From Tubiluchus corallicola (taxonomy: Eukaryota; Animalia; Priapulida), in the NCBI GenBank assembly GCA_030141605.1, contig JAQGDQ010000075.1, forward strand, positions 648,269 through 712,268: a stretch of DNA of 64,000 bases. The letters run 5' to 3'. The translations under genes and the position numbers were made by a program. This document shows positions 28,211 through 42,096 of this stretch, piece by piece. Below the pieces are notes generated by a model. It did not search any database and was not told the DNA's origin. It worked only from the letters and a program-made list of their open reading frames with translations. Numbering within the stretch: the first letter of the stretch is position 1; every line of letters starts with the position of its first letter.

Positions 28211-28794
28211 CAAATTGCCTCAACGTTGCTATACAAAACATACATCTAACTTCACCTTTACGGTTAAGTTGCTAATTTTTAAATGCAACATTAAAAATTT
28301 TACACGTGCAAATTATGTCTGTAAGTTTTCCATAATTGACTTCCATCCCATTTCATTAGTCAGAACCTTTGAGCATTATATGCAAATTGTCCCCAAGTAC
28401 TTATCCATAACTTAAGATTAGTAACTGTTGAACATCAGTACTACGTATATTCAGCGCTGAAATGACCCAAAAAGTTTATTGTTTAATGTTTATTCAACAG
28501 TCATACAGTGATATCAGACTACCATCTTTCAGTGCAGTAAATGATGCTGAATCGTAGAAAATAGTACAACGATTTAATGATTTTATTTAGCACAATAGCC
28601 AGTAACAACAATACATGCCAAGACTCCTAGTAGAAGTTTGTATTAGAAACTTCGCATCAGTAAAACGCGCCTTGATAGATGCTATCAAGCCAAAGAACAA
28701 GTATTTATGGCTTCCATTAAGTTTAATTCACTTCAATATTTCCAAGGGCTGATAATCATTCAATAGTCGCATAACTGTACCAACTAGATTGTAT

Positions 28795-28985
28795 GTCGTT
28801 TCGCCAGGCCACAATTTGCCAGTCTGTCTTTTCGTCAGGGAATCATTTCGCCAGTCTATCTTTTCGCTACTCTGCCTTTTCGCCAGTGCTTCGTTTCGCC
28901 AGTCTATCTTCTCACCAGTCCATCTTTTCGCCAGCCGATCTTTTCGCTAGTGCGTTGTTTCGCCAATCTATCTTTTCGCCATTGA
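28795..28985. repeat. Degenerate tandem repeat (tttcgccagtc units)
   Basis: About 11 recurrences of TTTCGCCA-like units. Confidence 0.8.
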
Positions 28986-29324
28986 TATTGGAATTAGTGC
29001 AATACGTAGGAATGTTCATTATACTGCCAATGGTAATTTTTTTTAATGGTAACTAAGGTACACGTCTATGTAACAAAAACGTCTAAGTTACTGAATCTAA
29101 GAGCATTGCGCGAAGTGGTGATAGAATCAATCAATCTCTATCCAATGCTGTACAACACAGCCGCAACTGCTACAAGGTTGCATGTCGGTACCATAGTTAT
29201 ACTTAAATAGCAGGTATGGGCATTTTTTCCTTAAAACGCTCTGAGAACAGAAGCTATAAGTCGTCCAAAGATGCCCATATATCATCCGATTTGCCGCAAA
29301 ACCTAAAATCAGATGGCTTCACCT

Positions 29325-30435
29325 CAAATTTACGAATTGAGCTTCGTTTTGCCACAAAATGGCGATAAGTAAGATGCTATAAACCGAAAATGTTCACATT
29401 CAGAATCTGGTAAAATCTTTGGTCTATGGTGCTTAGTTCCCGAGGTACAGATTTTTTTGTAATAACTCAATAACTACTCGACCAAATGTGGCGTGCTTCT
29501 AATCAGGGTATACGGCCATTCTAGCTTGAAGTTTCGGGTCGTGACCCTTTGCCCTGCTTGAGCCATGACCTAAAAATCGTCAAAATAGTGTACTACTTGA
29601 GAAGCCATTACTCCCACAAGAAGCACCGCCTATCCAAACGAGAAAAAAACAAGCACCGTGCATTGGCTACGTGTAGCCGGCGTAGTTTCTGCCCAGACGC
29701 CCTTTCTGAATGGCGCCACGAGATTTGTAAGACTTTTTCTGGGGAGATGCTACAAAATCTTATTTTTAAAATGCAATTACACACACAAAAAGCGCCCTCT
29801 AGCGAACCAAAAAAAAAAACAAGTGAAGTATTGTGTGCTACATTGTTAGATAGACGGACTATCGCCACCTGTCTTGAGTAACATATTGTGTATAATCGTG
29901 GTAAATTCCAGCAAAAATTATGACCTCGAGGTTCTAATGGCTTCTCGACTTAGTAAGCCAAGGACGTCTCTATCTCGAGTGTTAGCCACTTTCTTCCATA
30001 AGGCTTTCTTCAAGACATATGGATTGCCAAACTAGGCATTTCGACACCTTCACCGATGGCAGCAGTTTAGGGTTCGACAAAATGGAGAAGTGTATCTATA
30101 GCCAAGACAGAGTTGCTTTTTTGTTTGTGACACTTCTTGTAGGTATCATGGCTTCTCAGTGGACATATTTTGACGATTTTTGCGTCATAATTCAGGTTCA
30201 AAGGTTCACGACCTGAAACTTTAAGCTAAAGTGGCCATGTATCCTGGCTACAAGCACGCCAAATTTGTTCGAGTAGCCCTACCTATTTTTGGGTTATTCC
30301 AAAAAGATCCGTATTTCGCAAACTAAGCATCAAAGGGGCAAAAATTTTAACAGATTCTGAAAGTGCACATTCTCGGTATCTAACATCTTACTTATAGCCA
30401 TTTCGTGGAAAAACGAAACTCAACTCCAACTTTCA
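29325..30435. mobile_element. Foldback/large MITE with about 320-bp imperfect inverted arms
   Basis: 29325-29650 is the reverse complement of about 30110-30435, e.g. gaagtttcgggtcgtgaccctttg vs caaaggttcacgacctgaaacttt and cattcagaatctg vs cagattctgaaag. Confidence 0.8.
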
Positions 30436-30659
30436 GATAGAGCATCATTGTATATTTAAATGCGCATATGTGGATTCCACTTTTTAATCTCATAAGATAA
30501 ATTTCTAAGAGCTGCTATCTTATATACAAAAGTTTTGTCCTAAAACAACCGGTAATTAGAATCGTAGGGCTAGGTAAGTTTTACAAGGTTCGTTTTATAC
30601 TAGTAAACTGATTTTTTCTGTATATTCTGCACTATTAAGTTATACAAACAAGTTAGACT

Positions 30660-30950
30660 CGAACTGTTCTACGAAGGACTCGTTAAACTCAAGATCGTGG
30701 ATTAGAAATGATGTCAATGCCGACTTCTTGAATTTAAGATGGTAACTCATCCGACTCTGTTAATCGGGGCAGAATTCGTTGTAGCATATTCCTGTAGGGC
30801 TTCATGACGATCCATTGCAAATTGGCAGCATCTTGGGCGTTTTTCGAAAATGATCCTTTTCAAAAAGGTCATCCCCAATAACAATAACAACAACATCCAG
30901 AAGAGTAGCGATTTGGGCCGAGTCTCTCGACGAAAATCCCTGAGTCAAAG
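30660..30950 (+). mobile_element. Dispersed non-autonomous repeat, copy 3
   Basis: Similar to 26960-27330 and 19720-20040. Confidence 0.65.
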
Positions 30951-31619
30951 ATTAAATAACTTTTTAGTTTTAATGGCTTAACTTGATTTTGCTGTAAGTT
31001 TTCTATCAAATTTAACTACTAACGTTCTTGTAAATAATTGCTTTCTGTTCAAATTATTACCAATAAAAGGCATTATAACTGCTTCGTGCAAAGTTCTTGC
31101 TTTTCTTGCTATTCAAAAGTTGTTAATCTTTGTTTTCTGACGATCGTGCACTCAATTGTTAATCTCACTGGACTCATTAATAAGTGGGTAGAAGACGTTG
31201 GAGGTGGGCAATTTTACCTGCCATATTGTTCTCTTGATTCTCACGACTGTGGGTTGGGGGTGTATGCGCATGCTGCACCTGTTTGATACCTCTGCTGCAC
31301 CTGTTTTATCCACTAAAAGATTATAATTTGTAAATAACCCCAGTGTTTATCTGCAGTTCATCAACAGTTTACCAGACTGTATTCTTCTTGCTATGAATGC
31401 TGATACTATGAATTCTGCAATCCCAGATAGGTTTGCCCATCCATACGTTGATACAATGAAGGCAAACAATATTATAATTAGTGCAGAAGTCCACGGCAGA
31501 AAATCGCCATAATGTAGAAGTAAGCCATCGCGAATTCAATACAAACTAGTGAAGAGAAAAGATCAGCAGGAAGCCAAGGAAATCCATTATTGAATGTGCA
31601 GATACATCCTGGTGTAACA

Positions 31620-32100
31620 TCCCTCAAACTTTATCTGAAAACTTGGAAAAACTTCAAAAACGTGCCGCTTACATCTGTTCCAAAGCTATGAAACACACAA
31701 ACTCTGATAACCTATTGTTCAAAGTTGGCTTCGACCTCTTGTGTAACAGACGTACATTTCATAGATTGAGCACTTTCATAAAACTGTAAATCATGTTTCA
31801 TCTCCCTTGTTATTTGAGTTGCTACCTCCGATCAATAGAGGTGCATCTGCATATTTATTGAGAAACCGTGACAATTTATTTTTATATCAAGTTCGCTGTA
31901 ATTAATTCCGCTCATTCTTCTTCCCTGCAATCGTGTTTGACTGGAATAATTTACTCTTATATTTAAAGTCAATTCCTACCACCAGTGGGTTTTCAAATTT
32001 CAGTTTTTTTTCAAGAGACCAACTTATTATTCGCATGGTTCTAGACTACACAGCATTCAACCATACACGTCTGAGGGTGGGATGAGCACGAACATTTTTT
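31620..32100 (+). mobile_element. Decayed CR1-like LINE ORF2 C-terminal fragment
   Basis: Translates to LEKLQKRAAYICSKAMKHT..L..RR..HRL, YLLRN, SFFFP...DWNNL, TRLRVG with stops and frameshifts. Confidence 0.8.
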
Positions 32101-33419
32101 CAAAGTTAGCTACCATAAAATCTAGCTTTGTGGGCCTGCTCGTTTGCACCATAATTCCCAGGCAATTCACTACCACAATTAGACCTATGCTCCCTATAGA
32201 CAAACGCTTAATTATTAGATCATATTACAGACATTTACTCTCGAATTCGCGTGCTTTACCGATAATTTGTATGACAAATACGGTCCTTTGACAAAGTGAT
32301 TGAAAGATCGATTGCGTCTGTCAAGAGGCGGACGCATATGCTCGATAAACTACATTCGCTATACCACTGCTGTTGTTCAGCTGTAGACTTTGAAAAACCC
32401 CACAGGTCGTGTGTCGGTGCATTTAAGAAATAACTCAAGCCACTTAATATCATAGCTGAAAAAATACCTGCCACATTCATAATAATGGTGGTGTCATTAA
32501 GTTCGCTAATACCACTTAGTAATGAAATTTCACACTGAGACCACCTTAATAACAATATTGTGGTAAAAAATTAGTAATTTGACAAAGTTAACTAGACCAA
32601 ATATTTCATTATAACAAACCTCACTGGACCAAATCATCCATTATTTGACATCTTAATCTGTAATGTTGCGTGGTGGTGTTTTTCACGTAACTGGTCTTGT
32701 CAATTTTGTTAAATTACTTATTCTTACTAAGATGTGGTACTAAACGTGGTCTCAGTGTGAAATTTCGCTATAGCTACTTTTTACATGTTCCCGAAATTCT
32801 CTAACGAGTCTGTTAAATGATGATGTTTTGCTCTAAAAACAATAAAACAGTTACAAACCTACATCAATTATGACGTCGGTTAGCTTCTCAAGATCTTTTA
32901 CAAGATATCATCATCATCGACCACCACCATCATCATCATCATCATCAGGATGACAGATTTTATCATTCATTAAGTGATTGACAGGATGACTGACCGACTT
33001 TCTGATTAGCTAAATAAATAACTGAGTGACAGATCGACTAACCGACTGATTGACTGACTAAGTAACTAAATGAAATAAAGCCTGACTCACCAAACCTGAG
33101 AAACAACCTAGCTAGTTATGTGAGGTATAACGTTTAGCATTTCTTAGATGATTTTCTAATCAATGGTTTCAACACAGGTAAAAACTACATAATTTATCCT
33201 GCTTGTAGCACTAAAACGTGCAGTGGTGATGAACACAAGTCGAACAACAGTTTGTTCGCGACACCTAGTACATATATGCGCCAGACACCAATACCGAACA
33301 CATGAAGACATGAAGACCTAGCATTCGCAGTACATGTTCGAAATGTTTACATTATTTTTCATTATTTAACCCCTTACTTTTATAACTACTTTTATGGCAT
33401 AATTATATTCACTGAAATT

Positions 33420-33775
33420 CATCGTGTAACAAAGGCTTATTAGGTAACAAAGCAGCATGACATAACTGAAATGCTACATTGTGTAACATATTACGTCATT
33501 CGTCATTACGTAACGAATCTTGCGACATTACGTAACAATCATTATGTGGCAAAGTTTGCGCCACACGTAACAATCATTATGTAACAAAAATAATGCATGA
33601 TTACATAGTACTTGATTTTTCTTACGTAGTGATTGTTACGCAATGACGCAAAAATTGTGACGTGTTGATCGTTACATGGTGATGAATTTTGTGATTTGTT
33701 AAACAATCCCGTATTTCCTGATATATAATGCCGAATTTTTACATAATGAACCTTTTGTTACATAATAAACCGCTA
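33420..33775. repeat. AT-rich degenerate tandem/inverted repeat (tacgtaac/ttatgtaac units), MITE-like
   Basis: GTAAC units in the left half flip to GTTAC units in the right half. Confidence 0.6.
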
Positions 33776-34235
33776 GCACTCCTATTTCTGAAAAACAAAA
33801 TCTCCTAATTTAGCATCAGACTTGATGTTTGACTGGTTTACTCGATTCTTAGCCTCTAGTGCTTCTTATGCTTCAAGTTGCTACTCTTACTTCGTGTGTA
33901 TTACGTACATGAACCGATCCAGTGATGTAATTCAGAGTGGAACTATTTGACAAGGGAAGACGCTTGATAGCCGTAAAACAATGGATGGAAATATCGTCTC
34001 TGTTGCTCAAGGCATATCCTGACATTTGGCGGCATATTAAAACGAGCCACTTAATAAAAGATTTCAGTCGTAAGAGCGTGGCTCACTCGACAATTGTCAT
34101 GGTGAAGGTGCTCCAATATGAAAGGAAGTTGTGCGCATGAACTGAATAGTAATGACGCCGTGAGCATCAGTCCTTCGTTTTACAAGTTCACTAACGCTCA
34201 TATTACTTTGATAGTGAGTTAGGTCCCAGTCTCAC

Positions 34236-34424
34236 CACAATCATCCGATTTGAGTAGAACCTGCTGTTGAATGCCGCTTGCAGATTCCGAGTTGTAAAAA
34301 ATTCGGATTTTTCTTTTGTAGTCCACTGACCGAAGGAAACACATATTCGAAGGAAGAGCAGTGTATTCAGGAAGATTCCTTTCGGGAACATGGTAATCGT
34401 AATCATTAAACACGAATTCAGATT
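34236..34424 (-). other. Exon-like segment inside intron 1 of the neuropeptide gene
   Basis: ttctctatag acceptor, GTG/GTGAGA donor, 189 nt, open in both phase 0-0 and phase 1-1. Product not recognised. Confidence 0.3.
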
Positions 34425-37400
34425 CTATAGAGAATGTTCTACGATTTGTCGTAGGCGTTTACTGCATAGGAAGGTCTGCTGTTAACATTTGTTCGCTGTG
34501 CAGAAATAAATAAAGACAATGGCGCAGATTTGATGATGATAATAAATGAAGACAATGATGAACAAAGTGGTTGTCTAAACCGGTAGTTGTGATGTGGTGA
34601 CAGTGATGGTGAAAGTGACAAAGCTACTGAGAGAGGTCGTGGTGCTAGTGGCAGCAATGGTGATGGAAATTATCTAAGAATTGAGAGACTAATCTGCCCA
34701 CATTGATTACTCAGCACAGATGTTTAAATATGCCGTATGAGAAATTTTTTATCCCAAAAATGGTTTACTATATTTTTTATTCTGCCCAAGAATTTTAAAT
34801 GTTAATACAGCAGTTTTCTAAACAGTAAATGACCAGAACAAATCATACAGCATTCTTGATAGTGATCTTGATTAGTGTTCAACAATTCCCAGCTTACCTC
34901 AAAAAGATTTTCCTGAATAATCTACACCGCTGCTTCCAAATGTGTGTTTCCTAAGGCTTTCTCCAGTAAACTTTCCTAAAAGTTGTTCCCAAAACTTCCC
35001 AAACTTTCTCAATAGATACCCTATCTGTAATAACTGCAATCTGAATTATTACTAATATCATGTACTTACAAATGCTTACTCCCCAAATCTTGAAATATGT
35101 GTATCTTTGATTTTTTTAGTAGGTGATAATAAATTAAGTTGCGTTATGTCAAAAATAGAAAAGTATGTTTTGACAATATCAATTTTACATGCAAGCAAAT
35201 CAAAAGAGCTTTTTCTCTGAAACGGCAATATGTCCTGTACATGAGTAATAGCTGAACTACTTGGCCTAAGAATATTGTCTAATTTTTCATTTTTCTGCTT
35301 CATTTTCTTTGAAATATTTTTTTTATTGTTGCGTGTAGAAAATTCTTCTTCTCGTATATTACATGCTGATTATTCTTTAAATTGATTCAGACTCGGTAAT
35401 TAAAGCTTTTTTCGGACCATTACCGTGCAGGCGTATTTGTAATAAAATTTGCATAATCGTTTTCCAAGTTCCAACTGAAAATGGTTCACAGACGGTTTGC
35501 GCTAATGTAAGCATCTTGTATTATCTTTTTCTCTTCATTTCTGCATGAATTTGCCAGTTAAGCAGATATATAGGATAGATACATAGATTACCTACAGAGC
35601 CTACACAGGCAAATAGAGAGGCAGGCGGGTAGGACATGTAAATGTACGTACGTGAATATGTACGTATGATTATAGAAACACAAATTATTTAATACGTAGC
35701 AATTATGTAATTAAGCAGGTACGTAAGTCTTTGAAATTTGGATTTATTTGTTGATCCATTTGGTACGATATTACAATATACAAAATATTACAATTACAGA
35801 ATTGACAATGCATTACAGTGCTATGAGCGTACAGAACAAATTAACTTATACGCTACGCTCATCGTGAATAGGCCTTAACTATGGCATAAACATACTGATA
35901 AAATTATGCTGGTAAATAAGGTAGAGCAAATGGAGGCGACGCCAGAATCGATGATCTAAACTAAGTGAGTTATTTTTACAGTGTTATGAAGATTAAAATT
36001 AAAATAGTGAACTATAAAAGATAAGGATGTGTGTTAAGGAGCCAGGAGAGCACTCCCATATTTGAAAGTGTATAAATCCAGTAACTGCATAGGTAATAAA
36101 GCAAACAAACAAAAGCACATAACAAAAGACAAGCAAATTGAGAAACAGAAAAACAAGCAAAGAAAAAACAACAAATCAAAAAATCAGCAAACATTTAGAT
36201 TTAGAATAACCTCTGCCTATGTTTTAGCCTCGTCTAATGCCAAAGTCTATGGTAAATATTTTACAAAATAAATTAGAAAACCACAAAGAAGGTAGCAACG
36301 GCAAAGCTAAACAACTAAACTTTACTATTTAATGCTTTAACCGAATAAGGAAAACTAATACAACAGCGAAGCTTTAATAAATAATGGGGTTCGGTGACTG
36401 TCTGTGAGGAAAACACGTACAAAATTAGGTTTATGTAACGAATGTGCGTGAAGTGGATTTAGCGCATCTTGTAATCATATTGTCAATGATTAAATAAGCC
36501 ATTTTTAAAGCGTAGAACTCATGTGAGACTCAAACAGCAAGTTACTCTGTTACTGTTGTATTATAGAAATTACATATACAATTCAGTTATATAATTTTGT
36601 GATAACATGCTTTTATTTACTGGATTAGCAACAGCATCCGCAACAATAATAATAAACAAGCATGGCAACCATATATCAACTGAAACTTACGCTCTTGAAT
36701 TTACGGTAGATTTTTGGGCTTTTATGACCTTTCTGATGTAATTGAGCGAATTCTTTCTGGGTTTGAGAGAAAACGAAAAACGGCAAACGCAAACTTCGCC
36801 TTCCCAGAAATATTAGGGTTAAAATAATTATTCCCCGGGAGATTGGTTAGAAGCAGCTAGTTTAACAGACATTTTCTGGGCTGCCACCGGATCTCTGCAA
36901 ACAGTATAGATATGGTCTGGCGGATTTAATCGTCTTTAGTTAAAGCTTCTTTGTAAGAGAGAATGGAGAGCTTTGCAAAAGTTGTATAGGATTTTCCTGC
37001 GTAATAGAAGATTGTTTCTTGGGGATTGAGTGCGCTTCTTGAGTCTCAACTATTATCGAGAATGCACGTATTAGCTCTTCGTGCAATGAACCAAATGAAA
37101 AAGTTCAATTTTTCATGCACAAAAAAAGCTTACTTTGAAAATAAAATTATGCATCCTATTTTCGATATAAGCTTAACTGAAGATTGATTTCGAACAAACC
37201 CAAGTCGTTTGACCTATACTGAAAATTTTGAAGGTTTCTATAGTATTTGATGACAAGGAACTAACATACGGCTTCGTCTTAACTGCCAAGTTAATAACGG
37301 CATTAGCGTGCATGCGAGCTAACATCAGAGTATTTGGAGTTACTAGTCTTACACGTCTCTCGGGCAAAACAAAAAAAGCTAGAATTGGATCCATGTACTA

Positions 37401-40400
37401 AGTTGTTATTAGAATTTAAACCGAAATGCGGCTTCCCATGTTCCACTACGATTTCATATAAAAAACCCAAGTCGCAAAAGTAGTCTAGCTGAGCAACCAC
37501 CTTAGAATAATAGACAATTTACATGCGACTTCTCCGCACTTTTTATACGTTAGTGTTGGGTTAGGTTGGGTTGGGTTAGGTTGAAATAGACAATAGCAGA
37601 GATTTTTGCATTTCTTGTCAGAACTGCGTAAAGTAACTTTCATCATCTCAACCTACGTAAGTAAGTTCATATTTCACAAATGATCATATCGTTTAATCAA
37701 ATTACTTTCATTTCAACTGCAACATTTGAAATTGTGACAGTGTTAAGTGCATGTTTACAGAAACTTTTAAACAATATAATAATTATTATTGAAAATTATT
37801 GAACATTATTTTTATTGATTGTTTGAAAGTTTGAGGCTTAAAGTCGCACATTGATCTTTTTTGATGTGGCTCTTTACCAGACGTCACGGTTTTTTATCTT
37901 TTGGTAAGTTTAGTTTTCAATTCTGTTACTTTGTTGCTACTTTCCTTTAGACGTTTAAATTGAGTAGATGTAAAAATATTTTATGTGAAGCACATTAATA
38001 TATATAAAGTTGGATGATGGCTGAATGACTTTCTTACTAATGGTAAATTATTATTACAGTGATTAACTTGTCGAGCGAGTGTCTTAGAAATGGGCGAGTG
38101 TATTTCTGTATACATGTTATTACATAACTATTCCCTGTTAAAGATATCACCGAAGGCCTGAAACAGATGCCATCAAAGACTTCAAACATATTTTATGTAC
38201 AGCAACATTAAATTGTTGTGCTGTTGTATGTAATAACTTTTTGTTCAGCAATGAATTCGTGCTTCATATTGTTGAAACATGTGTGAATGATTTTCTGTGC
38301 TAAATAAATAAAAGAAAGGTCATATGATTATGCATATTCTTTTCATAATACAATTCAGGCCATTGATGATGCAAAACACTTCAAAGTGAAATTTCGACAA
38401 AACTTTCATCTGAATGCAAATGTTTATAAAGAAAAATATTGAGCAGTCACAAGACAACGGGTTTTCTGAATGACGTGTCAAAAGTAAAAGGTTAAACGTA
38501 TAGATACACTCATCGTCTGATTAATATATAGATGAATGCATTGGCTTCGTTCAAAGACTAAGACAGCAGGACAAACACACTCACCGTACCACTGTTAATT
38601 AGGATTCCATTTGTCCATATTGTCTTCCTTACACAAGACATATCCGACAGACAGTTAGCTCAGCTTCTCAAATTAGGCAGGAAGGGATTACAAAATTGTA
38701 TTACATTTGTATTCACTTATCTGACGTTGGACATTCAAGCGCGAACGTGGGAACTAAATCGCTGGGACGATATGACACATCTTCGCTATTCGTAGTAATT
38801 AAATTTCATATTAAATGAAATATATAGCGAAACGATTTTCTTTTCTTTCCCTCTTTTTTATGAAAATCGGCACCCTGTAAGCCAGAATCTGGCATTCAAC
38901 GACAGGGCATACTTAACGTTGATGTTTATGGCAAGAACATGGCTACTTACGAATGCTTTAAGATGAACCGCAGAACCAATTACAAGCCAAAGTTGTAAGA
39001 CGTATAGTATGAGTACAGAGATGGCACAAGTAAACTTTCATAATACATTACAATATACGTTGTTTGTAAGGACGAAGAGAGTATAGGTCTAAGTTTCCTA
39101 ACTGATTTTTTTAAATCTCGGTTGTTCACATCAAATGAACGGAAGCAGACTGAATGCTCAAGCTTACTAAGATTTTGGTTTATCCTCATGAATTTTCAAT
39201 TCGTGTAAAAATTAATGAAGCGCAAACTAGAAAATCAGTCAAATTACTACTTGACTGACATGTATAACTCCATTTTATGAAACAAACCTTCGTCTGCTCA
39301 AATTCCCTGCCCGAATAATTCGATTTCTTCAACGATATTTTACCAAGTTGATTAATTTGCAGCGAAATTATCATTTAGAACTGATATGATGCAAATTATA
39401 AGCCTGCTTCCTTAATGACTTCTATTTCAAACACTAATAACAAAAATTGCATGTCTTCGTAATTCCAAACTTTAGAAAATCAAACTGTGTTTCAGTCACT
39501 AATAATGTCGCAGAGAACGTTAAAGTTTCTCAAACGAAGAGTATTAAATGATCCTGCTTCGACGGATTTTCCGCGATTTGCTTAATTAAACAATTGACTT
39601 GTTTGCAGGCGTACTATCGTTTGCAATTATAATTTTAATCTATTCAAATAAAAATCGATAAATCGGTCAAAATTGAGATTAAGTGTCGCAGTATAGTCAC
39701 TGTAAACAGATATCGTTCCTTACAACTAGCCTGTAAAGCAATGATTATTGTGCCATTAAAGGTTGAGTGTTTGTACGAGTGTTTAAAAAATCTTTTAAAG
39801 ATCCGTTCAATTTCTAACTTTGGAGATATTTAAAACTATAGTTGACGTATCCCACGTGAAAATTCGCGTGGTTACGGTAAATAGAAGTTGTGCTTGTCTA
39901 TTTTTACTTGACTTTTTTATTAAAAAGCAAAGAGCAAATAAGACACTTTCAGATTTTAATGTGCATGCAGAGTATTAAAATTGTATTATTATGAAATATC
40001 ATACCACAGCACGCGCATGATCAAATTTTCTTAACAAGAGCAAAGTTAATCATTTTTAATACCAAAACACTAGATTAACTATGTTGATTACATGATTATT
40101 GATTGTTGATAGTTGTTACCTATTGAAAACTTTTTTGTTCTCATTTTACGACTAATTTTACGATGAAAAACGATTCATAACAAGTTTCCAAAAAGTTCCC
40201 ATCTCCTTTAATCGATCCAGAAAAAGTTATATATGTATTTTTTTTCGTAAGTTTTATATATTATATGTATATATATATACATTATGTACATTATATACAT
40301 AATTTCAAAAAGCTCTTTATATTCTAGTGACGGCATAACTCGCAACCGTTGTGTCGTTCAATTTTCATTTTGTGAAAACAGGCCGGTAATTTTAGGTAAC

Positions 40401-41893
40401 TAAGGCCCAATATATATATATATGATACAGGCAGCTAATTATTGTTGTCTGTGACGTTAGCTTGACCCTTCAATAGTTTAGCGCCAATAAAATCTTATAA
40501 TAAAACGCATTATGACTATAATCGTAATACGTTTGCTTACATAAAATACTTTCAGAAGTTTATTTGATAAGAGATGCTGCTTAAAATTTTGTCAAAAAAA
40601 ATCAGTTGAATTCTGGATACCGTAATAATTTTGCAAACGATGACAGAAACACAAGGAAGCTAGCTCATAATTAACTCGGAACAAACTGTCAAGCAGAAAA
40701 TTGAGCAACATTACCTGTACGTTTGACGAAGAATGTAGAAAACCATACCACGAAGGTCCCCCTCTGAAGTGAGATCTGTGATGATCGTTACATTTCGCAT
40801 ATTTCACTTATAGATGCACGTATATAAACACTTAGTAACTGTGTCATAGACTTGTACAAAGGGGCAAATTACACAACGCCCCTACACATGTAGTTATTAA
40901 CATTGTAAGGGATTACGAAGCCGTAGAGATATCAAGGAAAAATAAAATGTAACAACAAACCCCTCAATCAGGGTATGCTATAACATAGCCTGGGACAAGC
41001 TGAAACAATGGTAGTTATATTCAGTTATCTGGCAAGATTTTTTAAGAGATTAATAATACGTTTTATTATAGAAACAAGCTAATACACAAATATAGCATGG
41101 CGCGCGTCCCCGGAATAGTGAAATTTTATTTATATTGTACTGATCAAACTTTTAACAACAAAATTATTGAACATAACATCTAGCAATAAATTTAACTCTG
41201 ATAAACAAATGTTATTTAAAATTTAATGGTGATTGCCGGTGAGTGATGGATTAGTAACTGGAATCGCCGGAGTCGAAATTCTGGCATGTAATTAGCGAAA
41301 TGGCTCTGTTGAACAACAGCGTTACAACTAACCCCAAGAGGAGTTTTCTACTGATAAACCATAATTTAAAAAATACTTCAGGATTTAAAAAATTTGTTTT
41401 CGCAAAGCGTAGTTGATGGACAATACTTTCTTATTTGCTACTTAACAACATTTGAAACAGCGTACTTTAATTAACAGATCAAATATTGCAAAAAAGCAAA
41501 AATTTACTTTCAACTGTTAAAACCGTCTCGAGCTCAGAACTCTACTCAGTACACTAAACACATCATCACTGACACGCATATAATAGAACGGTTGCCCAAA
41601 TGTCATTGTTACCCATGAACCCTCAGCCAATGATAACGGAGATATAAAGGCTGTTTCAGCTTCCACGTGTTACATTCACCCCGGCCTCACCTATGGTAGA
41701 ATGAAATCGACGCTTGTTACAGTGTAAAATGTTGCTGCAGTGCTCAAAAGTTTAAATTATAATTGATGTTATCTAAACAAAATAACAATTGTTTAACATT
41801 AATAACAATAGCAATAAAAAATAACAACACCCGCTTAAGTAAAACTTGTACACCGTTGTGCAATAAAAAAAATTTTTATCCTAAGTTTCTTAC

Positions 41894-41974
41894 CTCCTCG
41901 TCTGGTTCCGCTAAAGCCGCACTGATAAACAAAACAAACGCGAAAAAGCTGGTGAAAAACATAACGTTTTGCAT
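41894..41974 (-). CDS. AstC: First coding exon: signal peptide MQNVMFFTSFFAFVLFISAALA-EPDEE, assigned to the allatostatin-C-family precursor
   Basis: ATG 41974, hydrophobic core, A-L-A cleavage site, strong donor GAG/GTAAGA in phase 0, core promoter about 130 nt upstream. Linkage across the 21-kb intron is inferred. Confidence 0.75.
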
Positions 41975-42096
41975 AGTGACTGTAATTCTTTCTTTACAAT
42001 GCTTCCAGTAAAAATTTAAAACAATGAAAAATTCTTAAAGTCCTTTTCTCCTGTGTCTTCTAGTATGCTTCTCCTGTCCTCTTCTTATCACCCACT

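Noticed and set aside
34899-34976. Minus-strand exon-like segment ESLLEKALGNTHLEAAV*IIQENLFE with a good donor
   Set aside because: In-frame TAG in the phase that would fit the precursor.
36691-36756. 66-nt phase 0-0 minus-strand exon candidate (KEFAQLHQKGHKSPKIYRKFKS)
   Set aside because: Splice sites are plausible but it is too short and lacks homology support; kept only as a possible extra exon.
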